Below the pieces are notes generated by a model. The model worked only from the letters and a program-made list of their open reading frames with translations, was not told the origin of the DNA and did not search any database. From an uncultured Hyphomicrobium sp. (GTDB taxonomy: Bacteria > Pseudomonadota > Alphaproteobacteria > Rhizobiales > Hyphomicrobiaceae): DNA of 35,693 bases. Location: contig CAZZPH010000001.1 in the NCBI GenBank assembly GCA_964655725.1, positions 1 to 35,693 on the forward strand, written 5' to 3'. This document shows positions 17,288-27,017 of this stretch, in pieces. The first letter of the stretch is position 1; each line of letters begins with the position of its first letter. The position numbers and the translations under genes were made by a program.

Positions 17288-18718
17288 ATGCAGCAACCAC
17301 CGCTCAACCCGCCATCGGCCGCGCTGTTCGACGCACTCACACGCATTGTCGGAACCGGCAACGCGATACCCGAAAGCGAGGCCCAACAGCGCTACCTCAG
17401 GGAATGGCGCGGGCTGTTCGTGGGCCGCACGCCTCTCATTGTGCGTCCCGGGACAGCGGAGGAGACCGCAGCGGTCCTTCAGCTCTGCAACGCGGCGCGC
17501 GTCGGTGTCGTGCCTCAGTCTGGAAACACCGGCCTCGTTGGCGGGCAGATACCTGATGAGAGCGGAACGCAGATCCTGCTCGTCCTGGACCGGCTGCGAC
17601 GTATCCGAGCCATCGATCCGGCCGGCTATACGCTGACCGCCGAGGCCGGCGTCACGCTCGCTGAGATCCAGGAGGCGGCGCGCCAAGCCGATCGCCTGTT
17701 TCCCTTGTCCATGGCCTCCGAGGGGAGTTGCTGCATCGGCGGCAACCTCGCGACCAATGCCGGAGGAATATCGGTGCTCGCCCACGGCACGGCGCGCCAT
17801 CTGGTCTTAGGCCTGGAGGTCGCCCTAGCGGATGGGCGGCTTTGGAGGGGTTTGAAAAGCCTCACAAAGGACAACACCGGCTATGATCTGAAGAGCCTGT
17901 TCGTCGGCTCGGAAGGAACGCTTGGCATCATAACGGCGGCCACGCTCAAACTCGTGGCAAGGCCCGGCGAGACCGCCGCGGCGTTCGCCGCGGTACCGCG
18001 CGCGAAAGCACTCCCGGGCCTCATCGCGCTTGCAAGACAAGGGGCGGGCGAATGCCTCACCGCATTCGAGTTCATGTCACAGCGCGCGCTGCAGTTCGCC
18101 CTGAAGCATGGGCAGGGCGTGCGAGCGCCGGCCAGTTCCGCGTTCCCCTGGTATGCCTTGATCGAAGTCTCGACGGCATCCGCCGGTCAAGCCCAGCCGT
18201 TGCTGGAGTCGATCCTGTCTGAGGCCGCAAGCCTGGGCCTGATTGCGGATGCCAGCCTCGCCGCATCAGGCCTACAGCAACGCGAGATGTGGCGCCTGCG
18301 CGAGCAAATGTCGGAGGTGCAGAAGCACGAAGGCGGCTCCATCAAGCACGATATTTCGCTGCCGGTCGCACGCATCCCAGAGTTTCTCGAGCGGGCTGCA
18401 ACTATGATCGAGGAACTTTGCCCCGGCGCGCGCCCCGTCCCCTTCGGTCACCTCGGCGATGGCAACATTCACTACAACGTCTCCCAGCCGCCTGACATGG
18501 ACAAGGCTGAGTTCCTGGCCGGTTGGAATCGCATGGCCGCAGCCGTCCACGATCTCGTGCAGGAGCTGGACGGCTCATTCTCCGCCGAGCACGGTATTGG
18601 CCGGCTGAAACGCGACGAACTCGCACGCCGCAAGGATGCTATCGAGCTCGATCTGATGCGCCGGATCAAGGCCGCACTCGATCCGAACGGCATCCTCAAT
18701 CCGGGCGCACTGATCTGA
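17288..18718 (+). CDS. FAD-binding oxidoreductase (GlcD / D-2-hydroxyacid dehydrogenase family)
   Basis: FAD-binding PCMH-type region VVPQSGNTGLVGGQIP...GYTLTAEAGVTL, plus GSEGTLGIITAATLKL and the C-terminal SAEHGIGRLKRDEL...LDPNGILNPG blocks typical of this family. Confidence 0.88.
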   Translation: MQQPPLNPPSAALFDALTRIVGTGNAIPESEAQQRYLREWRGLFVGRTPLIVRPGTAEETAAVLQLCNAARVGVVPQSGNTGLVGGQIPDESGTQILLVLDRLRRIRAIDPAGYTLTAEAGVTLAEIQEAARQADRLFPLSMASEGSCCIGGNLATNAGGISVLAHGTARHLVLGLEVALADGRLWRGLKSLTKDNTGYDLKSLFVGSEGTLGIITAATLKLVARPGETAAAFAAVPRAKALPGLIALARQGAGECLTAFEFMSQRALQFALKHGQGVRAPASSAFPWYALIEVSTASAGQAQPLLESILSEAASLGLIADASLAASGLQQREMWRLREQMSEVQKHEGGSIKHDISLPVARIPEFLERAATMIEELCPGARPVPFGHLGDGNIHYNVSQPPDMDKAEFLAGWNRMAAAVHDLVQELDGSFSAEHGIGRLKRDELARRKDAIELDLMRRIKAALDPNGILNPGALI

Positions 18719-18955
18719 CGGCGACTCACGATACGGCGCGATGGCCGCCGGCGCCGAGAACCCCTCGTGTTCCGGTTGCGGCCGTTGCCCTGAAGGGTGC
18801 GGCAGAGGACAGTAAACGCTGAGGTTCAAAAGAACATTGGCAACTCACCGGGGCTTGTGCAGCTTAGGCATCTGACGTTTTGTTCGACGATGAGCCGCTG
18901 GGGGGCTCCCGACATCACACATGCTGCACTACGGTGAGGGCTGAAAGGGCGCGAC

Positions 18956-21109
18956 GTGGCGAAAAAGCGACCATTCTATCTGATCCTGATGGGGGTCGTA
19001 CTGGCCGCAGCGATCGGCCTGCGCCTCGCTGATCCCGCGCCCGTTGCAGGATTGAGATTGGCCGTCTTTGACAGCTATCTGGCGGCAAGTCCGCGCATTG
19101 CCGATCCAGCGTTACCCGTCCGGATTGTCGATATCGATGAGGCGTCCCTTGCCGCACTCGGGCAGTGGCCCTGGCCGCGCACCAAACTGGCTGAGCTGTT
19201 GGATCAGCTTGGAAAGTTGGGAGCGCGTTCGGTCTCGATCGATCTCATCCTTGCAGAACCCGATCGCTTGTCGCCGTCGGTGCTGCTGGATCAGTGGAAG
19301 GACCGCCCGGAGCTTGAGGGGCTCGCAGGCCGGCTGACAGCATTGCCCTCACATGATGCCGAACTGGCCAAAGCGATGACAAACGTTGCCGTCGTGCTCG
19401 GATTTTCTGCCGAGAACGGCCCGTCGCACCAACTCGCCCCGCCCCGTGCACCCTTCGCGCTCGCAGGGGATGATGCCAAGTTGTTTGCGCCCGCCTTTCC
19501 GGGTGGGACTGGCAGCCTCCCTGCCCTCGCCGATGCCGCAACCGGACTTGGCGCCGTCAATTGGCTGCCTGAGCGCGATCAGGTGGTGCGGCGCGTGCCG
19601 CTGATTTTAAACGTTGGCGGCACGCTCTATCCTTCGCTCGCGCTGGAGACCCTGCGCATCGCTAGCGATTCCAGAACGACGGTTTTTATCAAGTCCTCAG
19701 GCGCCAGTGGACTGATGGCCTTCGGCCAACAAACCGGCATCGAACTCGTCCGCGTCGGCAGCACCATCCTGCCGTCCGACAACCAGGGCGAGCTTTGGCT
19801 GAAATTCGCGCGACCCGACCCCGCCCGCTACATCTCCGCCCACGACGTCATCGGCAAGCGGGTTGACAGATCGTTGATCGAGGGCCGGCACATTTTTATT
19901 GGCGCCAGTGCGACCGGCCTCATGGACCGGCGGGCAACACCACTCCAGCCCTCGGTGCCCGGCGTTGAAATCCATGCTCAGGCGCTGGAGCAGATGCTCC
20001 AGGGCGATCATCTCGTCAGGCCGGCCTGGGCAACCGGTGCTGAGATCATCTTTCTCGCGGCCGCGTGCGCTCTTGCAGCCTGGTTGATCGGATGGGCGGG
20101 CGCTGCATGGGCGGCGGCGGCGGCGGCGGCCGCAATTGCCACCATAGCTGGCGTGTCCATCATCGCTTATAGTGGCGCCGGATTGCTGTTTGACCCCGTT
20201 TATCCCGCGCTGTCACTGGTAGGCGTCTATCTGGCGGGCTCGCTGTCCAATTACATGCGCGCCGAACGCGATCGCGCACGGATCCGATCGGCATTCGGCC
20301 ACTATGTTGCGCCTGCGGTTGTCGATGAGCTGGCACGCAGCGAAGGGGCGTTGAAGCTCGGGGGCGAGACGCGCGAGATCACGTTGCTCTTTGCCGACGT
20401 GCGCGGCTTCTCGCGTCTGTCGGAGGGCATGGATGCGGAGCACCTCGTCCGTTTCGTCAACGCGCTCTTCACACCTCTGGCCGACGTCATTCTGGAGAAG
20501 CGTGGCACGATCGATAAGTTCATGGGGGATGCCGTCATGGCGTTCTGGAACGCACCCCTGGCCGAACCGGATCATGCCATGAGCGCCTGCCGCGCCGCGC
20601 TGGCCATGCAGGACGCGATCACGCAGTTCAATCTGACAGAACGCAAAGCCGCCCAGCCCGTGCGTATCGGCATCGGCCTCAACACCGGCCCTTGCGTTGT
20701 CGGCAACGTGGGCTCACCGCAGCGGTTCGATTACTCCGTGCTCGGCGATGTGGTGAACACGGCGGCACGGCTGGAGGAGGCGACCAAGATCTACGGAGCC
20801 CCGATCATCGTCGGCGAGGCGACGGCTCGATCGGCCGCAAGCCTTGCCCTTGTCGCAATCGGCGAAGCGTCCCTGCGCGGCAAGGATCGTCCCGAGAAGC
20901 TCTACGCTCTGATGGGAGATGAGACGCTGGCCGCTTCAGACGAGTTCCAGACGTTCCAAGCCGCATTCAATGCGCTGACAGAGGCGATGAGGAGCGGGAC
21001 CCCAGATGCGATCCATCCTGCCCGCGAGGCTTGCTACACAGCTGCGATTTCGCGAGCTATTCCTGGTGCGCGCGATCTCGTCGAAGCCGCCCTTCAGCGC
21101 AGCACTTAA
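18956..21109 (+). CDS. CHASE2 sensor domain-containing class III adenylate/guanylate cyclase
   Basis: N-terminal TM, then a periplasmic CHASE2-like region (VRIVDIDEASLAALGQWPWPR...DLILAEPD...NWLPERDQVVRRVPL), three TM helices, and a cyclase homology domain (ITLLFADVRGFSRLSE...KFMGDAVMAFWNAP...IGLNTGPCVVGNVGSPQRFDYSVLGDVVNTAARLE). GTG start. Confidence 0.9.
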   Translation: MAKKRPFYLILMGVVLAAAIGLRLADPAPVAGLRLAVFDSYLAASPRIADPALPVRIVDIDEASLAALGQWPWPRTKLAELLDQLGKLGARSVSIDLILAEPDRLSPSVLLDQWKDRPELEGLAGRLTALPSHDAELAKAMTNVAVVLGFSAENGPSHQLAPPRAPFALAGDDAKLFAPAFPGGTGSLPALADAATGLGAVNWLPERDQVVRRVPLILNVGGTLYPSLALETLRIASDSRTTVFIKSSGASGLMAFGQQTGIELVRVGSTILPSDNQGELWLKFARPDPARYISAHDVIGKRVDRSLIEGRHIFIGASATGLMDRRATPLQPSVPGVEIHAQALEQMLQGDHLVRPAWATGAEIIFLAAACALAAWLIGWAGAAWAAAAAAAAIATIAGVSIIAYSGAGLLFDPVYPALSLVGVYLAGSLSNYMRAERDRARIRSAFGHYVAPAVVDELARSEGALKLGGETREITLLFADVRGFSRLSEGMDAEHLVRFVNALFTPLADVILEKRGTIDKFMGDAVMAFWNAPLAEPDHAMSACRAALAMQDAITQFNLTERKAAQPVRIGIGLNTGPCVVGNVGSPQRFDYSVLGDVVNTAARLEEATKIYGAPIIVGEATARSAASLALVAIGEASLRGKDRPEKLYALMGDETLAASDEFQTFQAAFNALTEAMRSGTPDAIHPAREACYTAAISRAIPGARDLVEAALQRST

Positions 21110-22134
21110 TAACGCTTGCCGTACCCCGGACCACGCTCGTGTGTGGGCGGCTTGGGATGCTTCTTGCCGCCGCCCTTGCCGATCTTGCCCAGCCCAACGC
21201 CCAGACCGATTCCGACAGCAATGCCAACTGCCGCGGCGGCAGCTGCGTCGTTGTTGGCTTTCTTGGTCGGTTGTGGACTGACAACCTTCGTTGGTTTGGA
21301 TTTCGATTTCGATTTGGCCGCCGGCGGATCCTCGCGCTTTGTACTGCGCGTCGGCTTCTTTTTCTCAGGCGCTTTGGTTTCCCGCTTTGCTGACTTCTTT
21401 TTGCTTGGCGCCTTCTCAGGCTCAATGGCGGCCTGACGCATGATGTCGTCACGGGTGAGGATCGGCGTGGGGTCGATCGTTGGTGGTTTGACCACAAAGG
21501 GGAACGCGAGATCGAAATCCAGCCCATCGCTGCCGTCGAGGCCCGCCCAGCGCACTGGCGCCCCGACATCGCCCTTGTCCGACACGCGAATGAGTTTACC
21601 CGGCTCGACGTGATCCTGACATTGACCGCGAGCATTGCAGATCAGCACCGCGCCCTCGTGAAGCAGCACCCAACTGGTATCGTCATCGGCGACGTAAACG
21701 TCGAAAATCGTCCCACGAACCGTGATCGACGCGCTCGGAACCTTGATGACGTAGCTGGGCTTGGCCGCCACGCCGGTGATGAACCGGAAGGCGCCCTGCA
21801 CCAGATCGACGCCAATCGCACCTGCTGATTTCTCGCCGTCATAGACGAACTTGTCGAGCAGCAGCTTCGCACCGGGTCCCAGCGCCAACTTGGTGTCGTC
21901 GTTCAGCTTCAATTCCGTGGAGGCGTCTTGGCTGACGTCAATCAGCTCATTCTGGCGAACATCATCGCCGGTCTGCAGTGTACGCGTGTCGCGGTTGAAC
22001 TCGGCCGTGACGACGTTGATCACCGATAGCGTTGCGCCAATGGGCTCGCGTGTTTCTGCGCTGAGAGGCGCGGCCCAACCTGCCGCCACGACGACACCGG
22101 AGAGAACGCTGCCATACACTGTTACGCGTTGCAT
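21106..22134 (-). CDS. FecR-domain secreted protein with a Lys-rich linker and a Gly/Ala-rich C-terminal hydrophobic anchor
   Basis: Track ORF 21106..22212 trimmed to Met 22134 (MQRVTVYGSVLSGVVVAAGWAAPLSA signal peptide; GGAG lies 7 nt upstream). FecR-like beta-rich core: ...TGDDVRQNELIDVSQDASTELKLNDDTKLALGPGAKLLLDKF...VQGAFRFITG...VIKVPSASITVRGTIFDV.... Tail: KKKSAKRETKAPEKKKPTRSTKRE...KSKSKSKPTK...AAAAAAVGIAVGIGLGVGLGKIGKGGGKKH. Confidence 0.8.
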   Translation of the reverse strand: MQRVTVYGSVLSGVVVAAGWAAPLSAETREPIGATLSVINVVTAEFNRDTRTLQTGDDVRQNELIDVSQDASTELKLNDDTKLALGPGAKLLLDKFVYDGEKSAGAIGVDLVQGAFRFITGVAAKPSYVIKVPSASITVRGTIFDVYVADDDTSWVLLHEGAVLICNARGQCQDHVEPGKLIRVSDKGDVGAPVRWAGLDGSDGLDFDLAFPFVVKPPTIDPTPILTRDDIMRQAAIEPEKAPSKKKSAKRETKAPEKKKPTRSTKREDPPAAKSKSKSKPTKVVSPQPTKKANNDAAAAAAVGIAVGIGLGVGLGKIGKGGGKKHPKPPTHERGPGYGKRY

Positions 22135-22220
22135 AAGCATGCTCCAGCCTGACAATTCGCGGTCGCCGGATGATCGAAGCATGATCCGACGACGAAAACC
22201 AACATCATACACACCAATAA

Positions 22221-22249
22221 ATTATAGCATGATGAAGCTGCTGGGTCAT
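22221..22249 (-). promoter_or_regulatory. Candidate sigma70-type promoter for the FecR-domain gene (ATGACC-N17-TATAAT)
   Basis: The minus strand reads ATGACC (22249-22244), a 17-nt spacer, then a perfect TATAAT (22226-22221), roughly 85 nt upstream of the proposed start at 22134. This is a pattern match only. Confidence 0.3.
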
Positions 22250-22316
22250 CCCATGAACATCCGGGTTAATGGGCTAAGCCAAAGCTAACTTGCCTTTCCG
22301 TGAGCGTCCGCGCCCG

Positions 22317-23255
22317 TCAGCGGTTCTCCTGCGGCCCCACCGGCTCCACCACCACGGCACCTTTCTGTTTGGCCTTATGGTCGGGCTCAACGTGAATGAC
22401 GATCTCAGCGCCCTCGATCCGCTCCCTCAGCCTCGCCTCGATGCGATCGCAGATGTCGTGAGATTGGAGCACGGACATTTCTGCGGGCACGACGAGATGA
22501 AACTCGATGAAAATTGCGCGGCCCGCCTGGCGCGTACGGATATCATGGGCCTGGATCGCACCGTCCCCGCTCTCCCGGATAGTGGCGCGAATTTCCTCCT
22601 GAATCTCAGGGGTGGCTGCCGCATCCATGAGGCTGTTGATGGAGGTCGCGATGATGCGATAGCCCGCCCACAGGATGTTGATGCCCACCAATGCCGCCAG
22701 TAGCGGATCGAGTTCGCGGATCCCCGTGACCAGAGACAGAACCAATCCAGCCAGAACGCCAAGAGATGTTGCGACGTCGGTGAGGATGTGCCAGCCGCTC
22801 GCCGTCATCGCCGGTGACTTCCAGACACCACCCTTGGTGATCAGATAGGCACCCCAGGCGGCATTGAGAACAGCCGCCAACGCATTAATGCCTAACCCCA
22901 GTGCAGGCTCCGTCAGATCGCGCGGCCGGTTCCACGCATCCCACGCCTCCTGAAAAATCAGAACGGCCGCAAGGACGATCAGCGCGCCTTCCAGCACCGC
23001 CGAGAACAACTCGGCCTTGTGGTGTCCGAAAGGATGCGTTCGATCGGCGGGACGCGCGCTGACCCGGACGGCGACAAGGGCCGCAATCGCCGTTACGACG
23101 TTCACGATGCTCTCAAGAGCGTCGGAATAAAGCGCCGCACTGCCAGTCACATGATAGGCCGCATACTTCAGTGCCATCACAACGACTGCAACCACGATCG
23201 TCGCGATTGCCGCGCGTGTCACGGTCTCGGCCCAGGCTGGCGTGGCGTTGCTCAT
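22317..23255 (-). CDS. Cation diffusion facilitator (CDF) family divalent metal efflux transporter
   Basis: TM1-2 motif YHVTGSAALYSDALESIVNV, HPFGHHKAELF, TM5 HILTDVATS, and a C-terminal cytoplasmic domain (IFIEFHLVVPAEMSVLQSHDICDRIEARL). Confidence 0.9.
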   Translation of the reverse strand: MSNATPAWAETVTRAAIATIVVAVVVMALKYAAYHVTGSAALYSDALESIVNVVTAIAALVAVRVSARPADRTHPFGHHKAELFSAVLEGALIVLAAVLIFQEAWDAWNRPRDLTEPALGLGINALAAVLNAAWGAYLITKGGVWKSPAMTASGWHILTDVATSLGVLAGLVLSLVTGIRELDPLLAALVGINILWAGYRIIATSINSLMDAAATPEIQEEIRATIRESGDGAIQAHDIRTRQAGRAIFIEFHLVVPAEMSVLQSHDICDRIEARLRERIEGAEIVIHVEPDHKAKQKGAVVVEPVGPQENR

Positions 23256-23491
23256 CTAGAACTCATCAGGGAATGTGGCCGCGCCGCGGCGCTGTACGGC
23301 CCTCACACATAAGTTCAGCAACGTTCACCGTAAAGCGCCATTCGCCGTTGCATCGCGAGCGAGCCAACCGCGCGAAAACACGCGAATGCCGGTGCAAACG
23401 AAACTTTTCCACATCCACACGTCACGGCGGCCCTCGCCTCGATCGCGCGAATCTGCTGCTTGAACAGGCATTGCGGACATGGAGACTCCAA

Positions 23492-24301
23492 ATGGCCAAT
23501 TTCACGACACACATTGCCGTCGGCACCGTCGTGGCAGGCGCCATGGCGACACTGACACTGGCCGCCGACGTCGTGGCCCCGGAAAACCTCATTGCTGTCA
23601 CCATGGCCGGCGTTCTTGGTTCCGTTCTGCCCGACATCGATCTGAAAGACTCCCGGCCCAGCCGCGCAATGTTTTCAGGCCTCGGCATCTTTTTCTCGTT
23701 CGCCGTCCTGTTCAGTTTCGCCACAAAATATTCGATTGCAGAATTGTGGATCCTGTGGCTCGGCACACTCGTGATGATCCGCTACGGACTGCATGCGATC
23801 TTCCACAATCTGGCGGTTCATCGCGGCATCTGGCATTCACTGATAGCCGCTCTGTTCTCCGCCGCTGCGACCGCGGTGGTGTTCTATCATGTGCTCGGCC
23901 GTCACGAAGGTGTGGCATGGCTCGGCGCAGGCTTCCTGTTCATCGGCTACATGGTGCACTTGATCCTCGACGAAGTTTATTCCGTCGATGTCATGGATAC
24001 GCGCGTGAAGGCCTCGTTCGGAACGGCCTTGAAGCTCGTCGATCGCCGCCACCCCTACGCGACATTGGGAATGATCGGAGCAACGGCGCTCGCGATCGCG
24101 CTGACGCCACCGACCAAAACCTTCACCGACGGCATCCAATCCCGGCAGATGTGGGAGGAACTCAGTTCCCGGATGCTGCCGGAGGAAAAGTGGTTCGGCA
24201 TCATCGACCCCCGCGGACGGCTGGCAACAGTGGTCACCGGCGAGAGCGGCCTTGCGACTGGCTCAATTGAAACACCGGCCCCCGCTCCCCCCTCCGAGTA
24301 G
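23492..24301 (+). CDS. Membrane-bound metal-dependent hydrolase (YdjM/DUF457 family)
   Basis: Track ORF 23171..24301 trimmed to ATG 23492 after GGAGA. MANFTTHIAVGTVVAG..., LGSVLPDIDLKDSRPSR, HRGIWHSL, YMVHLILDEVYS. Several TM helices with His/Asp motifs characteristic of DUF457. Confidence 0.75.
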   Translation: MANFTTHIAVGTVVAGAMATLTLAADVVAPENLIAVTMAGVLGSVLPDIDLKDSRPSRAMFSGLGIFFSFAVLFSFATKYSIAELWILWLGTLVMIRYGLHAIFHNLAVHRGIWHSLIAALFSAAATAVVFYHVLGRHEGVAWLGAGFLFIGYMVHLILDEVYSVDVMDTRVKASFGTALKLVDRRHPYATLGMIGATALAIALTPPTKTFTDGIQSRQMWEELSSRMLPEEKWFGIIDPRGRLATVVTGESGLATGSIETPAPAPPSE

Positions 24302-24423
24302 ATCCCAGATGACGGTTTCCGTGCGAGGTGGAACACGCTAAAAGCCTGAAGCATGGCTCCAGTCCGGACAACGGGCGGATGCCAATGCGGGGGTATAATC
24401 GCAAAACACCTGGGGACACCGAC

Positions 24424-24651
24424 ATGACACCAATGATTGCGGGCATCCTTGCCCTCGCGCTGCCGCTGCTGCTGATCGGCCTGTTATTCCTGCGGCGCAA
24501 CCGTGCCGTTTTCCTATTTTATCTCGTCTTGTGCGCCGTCGGCATCGGCTATCTCGTAACAACCGGCGCGATTGACGACATCGGCACGCAGGTCCTCGCT
24601 TGGCTCGGCCAATTGACCGTCGAAAAAGACCCCGGCCCAGCCCCCGCCTAA
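24424..24651 (+). CDS. Small hypothetical membrane protein (2 TM, 75 aa)
   Basis: In-frame ATG within track ORF 24328..24651: MTPMIAGILALALPLLLIGLLFLRRNRAVFLFYLVLCAVGIGYLVTTGAIDD.... GC-rich third codon positions. No family recognised. Confidence 0.5.
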   Translation: MTPMIAGILALALPLLLIGLLFLRRNRAVFLFYLVLCAVGIGYLVTTGAIDDIGTQVLAWLGQLTVEKDPGPAPA

Positions 24652-24813
24652 CCAGCCGCCACACTTTGGGCCTGCGGAGCGCTTGCTTCGCAGGCCCTTA
24701 GATCCGCGCTTTCGACGGAACGCCGTGACCGTTCCGTGACTTTCCGCTTCGCGAGGGGTGAATTACGGGCTAAGAGGCGCCATCCTCCTCAAACCCGTGC
24801 GATCGCTCCGCTC

Positions 24814-26922
24814 ATGCCCCAACTCCTGCTTGAACTGTTTTCCGAGGAAATCCCGGCGCGCATGCAGGCGCGCGCCAGCGAAGACCTTGCGCGGCTCGTA
24901 ATCGACGCCCTTCAGGGGCACGGACTTTCCGTTCAAGGCGCTCGCGCATTCGCCACACCGCGCCGCCTGACACTGTTCATCGACGATGTGCCAGCCGGAT
25001 CGCCCGCCGTATCGGAGGAACGCAAAGGCCCCCGCGTCGGCGCGCCCGATCAGGCGGTACAAGGCTTTTTGAAAGCAGCCGGCCTCGGCTCGGTCGCACA
25101 GGCACAGATCGTCAAGGACGACAAGAAGGGCGATTACTACATCGCACGCATCGACAAGCCCGGACGCGAGGCCGCCGCCATCATCGCCGAGGCCGTGCCG
25201 GCCGTGCTCCTGAAATTCCCCTGGCCGAAATCGATGCGATGGGGCGAAGGCACGTTCCAGTGGGTGCGCCCGCTTCACTCCATCCTCTGCCTGCTCGACG
25301 GCACGGTCGTCCCCTTCGAGGTCGCCGGGATTGCGAGCGGCAATTCAACGCGCGGCCACCGCTTCCACGGCAACACGGTTTTCAAGGTGGGGTCCGCCGC
25401 CGAGTACGAAACGCAGCTCGCCGTCCATAAGGTCATGCTTGATCCGGCCGCACGCCAGCGCATCATTCGCGAAGCCGCAGCGTCTGTCGCGAAGGCCGCC
25501 AAGCTGGAACCCATCGAAGACGAAGCGCTCATTGCCGAGAACGCGGGCCTCACCGAATGGCCGGTCGTGCTGATGGGAACGTTCGACCCGGAATTCCTGG
25601 ATGTGCCGGGCGAGGTTTTGACAACCTCCATGAAGCAGCACCAGAAATGCTTCTCGCTCAGAGATCCCAAAACCAAGAGCCTCGCCAATAAATTTCTGCT
25701 GGTTTCCAACCTCACCGCAACGGACGGCGGCAAGCAAATCATCGCGGGTAATGAGAAGGTAATTCGGGCACGCCTCTCGGATGCGAAATTCTTCTGGGAC
25801 CAGGATCTCAAGAAGCCGCTCGACGAGATGGCGTCCGAACTTGCCGGCATCACGTTTCATGAAATGCTCGGCAGCCAGAAAGATCGCGTGGAGCGCGTCG
25901 CCGAGCTTGCCCACCAGATCGCAGGCGCGGTCGATGCGGACGCCGATGACGCCCGCCGCGCGGCCCAGCTCTGCAAGGCCGATCTCGTCTCCGGCATGGT
26001 CGGTGAATTCCCCGAACTTCAGGGGCTGATGGGCCGCTACTATGCGGAGAGGGCTGGAACCAAGCCGGAGATCGCACGCGCCATTGAGTTGCACTACAAG
26101 CCCAAGGGCCCGGCCGACAGTGTGCCGCGCGAAGAGGACGGCGATAGCGTCGCCATTGCCGTGGCGCTGGCCGACAAGCTCGACACACTCGTCGGCTTCT
26201 GGGCCATTGGCGAAAAGCCCACCGGTTCGGGCGATCCCTACCAGCTCCGCCGTGCGGCTCTCGGCATCATCCGCATCGTGCTGGAGAATGATCTGAGGGC
26301 GCCGCTGGCCAAAGCAATTTGGAATTCGAGGATGCTGCTGTCTGCGCAGATGGCCGAGCGTCCACCCCAGGTAACGATTGGTCCTGACGGTGTTGTCGCT
26401 GACCTCCTCTCCTTCTTTGCTGACCGCCTCAAGGTCCACCTCAAGGACAAGGGCGCGCGGCACGATCTCATCGACGCGGTGTTCGCTCTGCCGGGCCAGG
26501 ACGACCTCGCCCTCATCGTCCGGCGCGTGGAGGCCTTGGGCGCATTCCTTGGCACCGATGACGGCGCGAACCTGCTTGCCGGTGTGAAGCGCGCCTCCAA
26601 CATCCTCGCCATCGAGGAAAAAAAGGACAAGGCGAGCTATGCCGGCGAGCCCGACGGTGATTTGCTGAAAGAGCCTGCCGAACGCGCGCTGGCCGCCGCC
26701 ATCGCGAAAGCCAAATACGACACGCGCGCTGCCATCGATGTCGAGAACTTCACCGGCGCCATGAACGCGCTGGCCGACCTGCGTGCGCCGGTCGACACGT
26801 TTTTCGAGAAGGTGACCGTCAACGATCCCGATCCGAAGCTCCGGGCCAATCGCCTCCGGATGCTGTCGGAAATCCGCGCCGCCACCCTCACGGTTGCTGA
26901 CTTCTCGCGCATCGCGGGTTGA
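24814..26922 (+). CDS. glyS: Glycine--tRNA ligase beta subunit
   Basis: Track ORF 24736..26922 trimmed to MPQLLLELFSEEIPARMQ, the canonical GlyS N-terminus. Further blocks: FATPRRL, MRWG, GHRF, FHEMLGSQKDR, GSGDPYQLRRAALGIIRI. No glyQ is immediately upstream in this window. Confidence 0.93.
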   Translation: MPQLLLELFSEEIPARMQARASEDLARLVIDALQGHGLSVQGARAFATPRRLTLFIDDVPAGSPAVSEERKGPRVGAPDQAVQGFLKAAGLGSVAQAQIVKDDKKGDYYIARIDKPGREAAAIIAEAVPAVLLKFPWPKSMRWGEGTFQWVRPLHSILCLLDGTVVPFEVAGIASGNSTRGHRFHGNTVFKVGSAAEYETQLAVHKVMLDPAARQRIIREAAASVAKAAKLEPIEDEALIAENAGLTEWPVVLMGTFDPEFLDVPGEVLTTSMKQHQKCFSLRDPKTKSLANKFLLVSNLTATDGGKQIIAGNEKVIRARLSDAKFFWDQDLKKPLDEMASELAGITFHEMLGSQKDRVERVAELAHQIAGAVDADADDARRAAQLCKADLVSGMVGEFPELQGLMGRYYAERAGTKPEIARAIELHYKPKGPADSVPREEDGDSVAIAVALADKLDTLVGFWAIGEKPTGSGDPYQLRRAALGIIRIVLENDLRAPLAKAIWNSRMLLSAQMAERPPQVTIGPDGVVADLLSFFADRLKVHLKDKGARHDLIDAVFALPGQDDLALIVRRVEALGAFLGTDDGANLLAGVKRASNILAIEEKKDKASYAGEPDGDLLKEPAERALAAAIAKAKYDTRAAIDVENFTGAMNALADLRAPVDTFFEKVTVNDPDPKLRANRLRMLSEIRAATLTVADFSRIAG

Positions 26923-27017
26923 TCCGCCCCACCCTTGCAGCCCGCCGCACGCCGACGTATGGCTAACTCGATTTTCCGTTCTTCGCAGTCCGGCAGAAAA
27001 AGACGAGGAAACACGCC

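Noticed and set aside
20111-20130. (GCG)n trinucleotide run encoding poly-Ala in a TM segment of the cyclase; also a G8 homopolymer at 6654-6661 near the 3' end of the yfgM-like gene.
   Set aside because: Both are short simple repeats, common in high-GC genomes. The trinucleotide run stays in frame, and the G8 run affects only the last few codons. I see no evidence of phase variation from a single sequence.
18956-21109. The idea that the class III cyclase plus the SLATT-like 2TM protein form a Pycsar/CBASS-like cyclase-effector defence pair.
   Set aside because: The cyclase is a large CHASE2 membrane sensor, typical of signalling rather than of compact defence cyclases. About 5.6 kb and five housekeeping genes on mixed strands separate it from the SLATT-like gene.
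23313-23326. GTTC-AGCAAC-GTTC direct repeat between the CDF transporter gene and the YdjM/DUF457 hydrolase gene. This resembles the alphaproteobacterial LexA box, and ydjM is SOS-regulated in E. coli.
   Set aside because: The spacer is 6 nt, while the alphaproteobacterial SOS box I know is GTTC-N7-GTTC. The site is also about 165 nt from the hydrolase start. It is worth a LexA-binding test only if other evidence points to SOS control.
25345-26463. 372-aa minus-strand ORF.
   Set aside because: It lies entirely antisense to glyS, whose identity is unambiguous. Long antisense ORFs are expected at this GC content.
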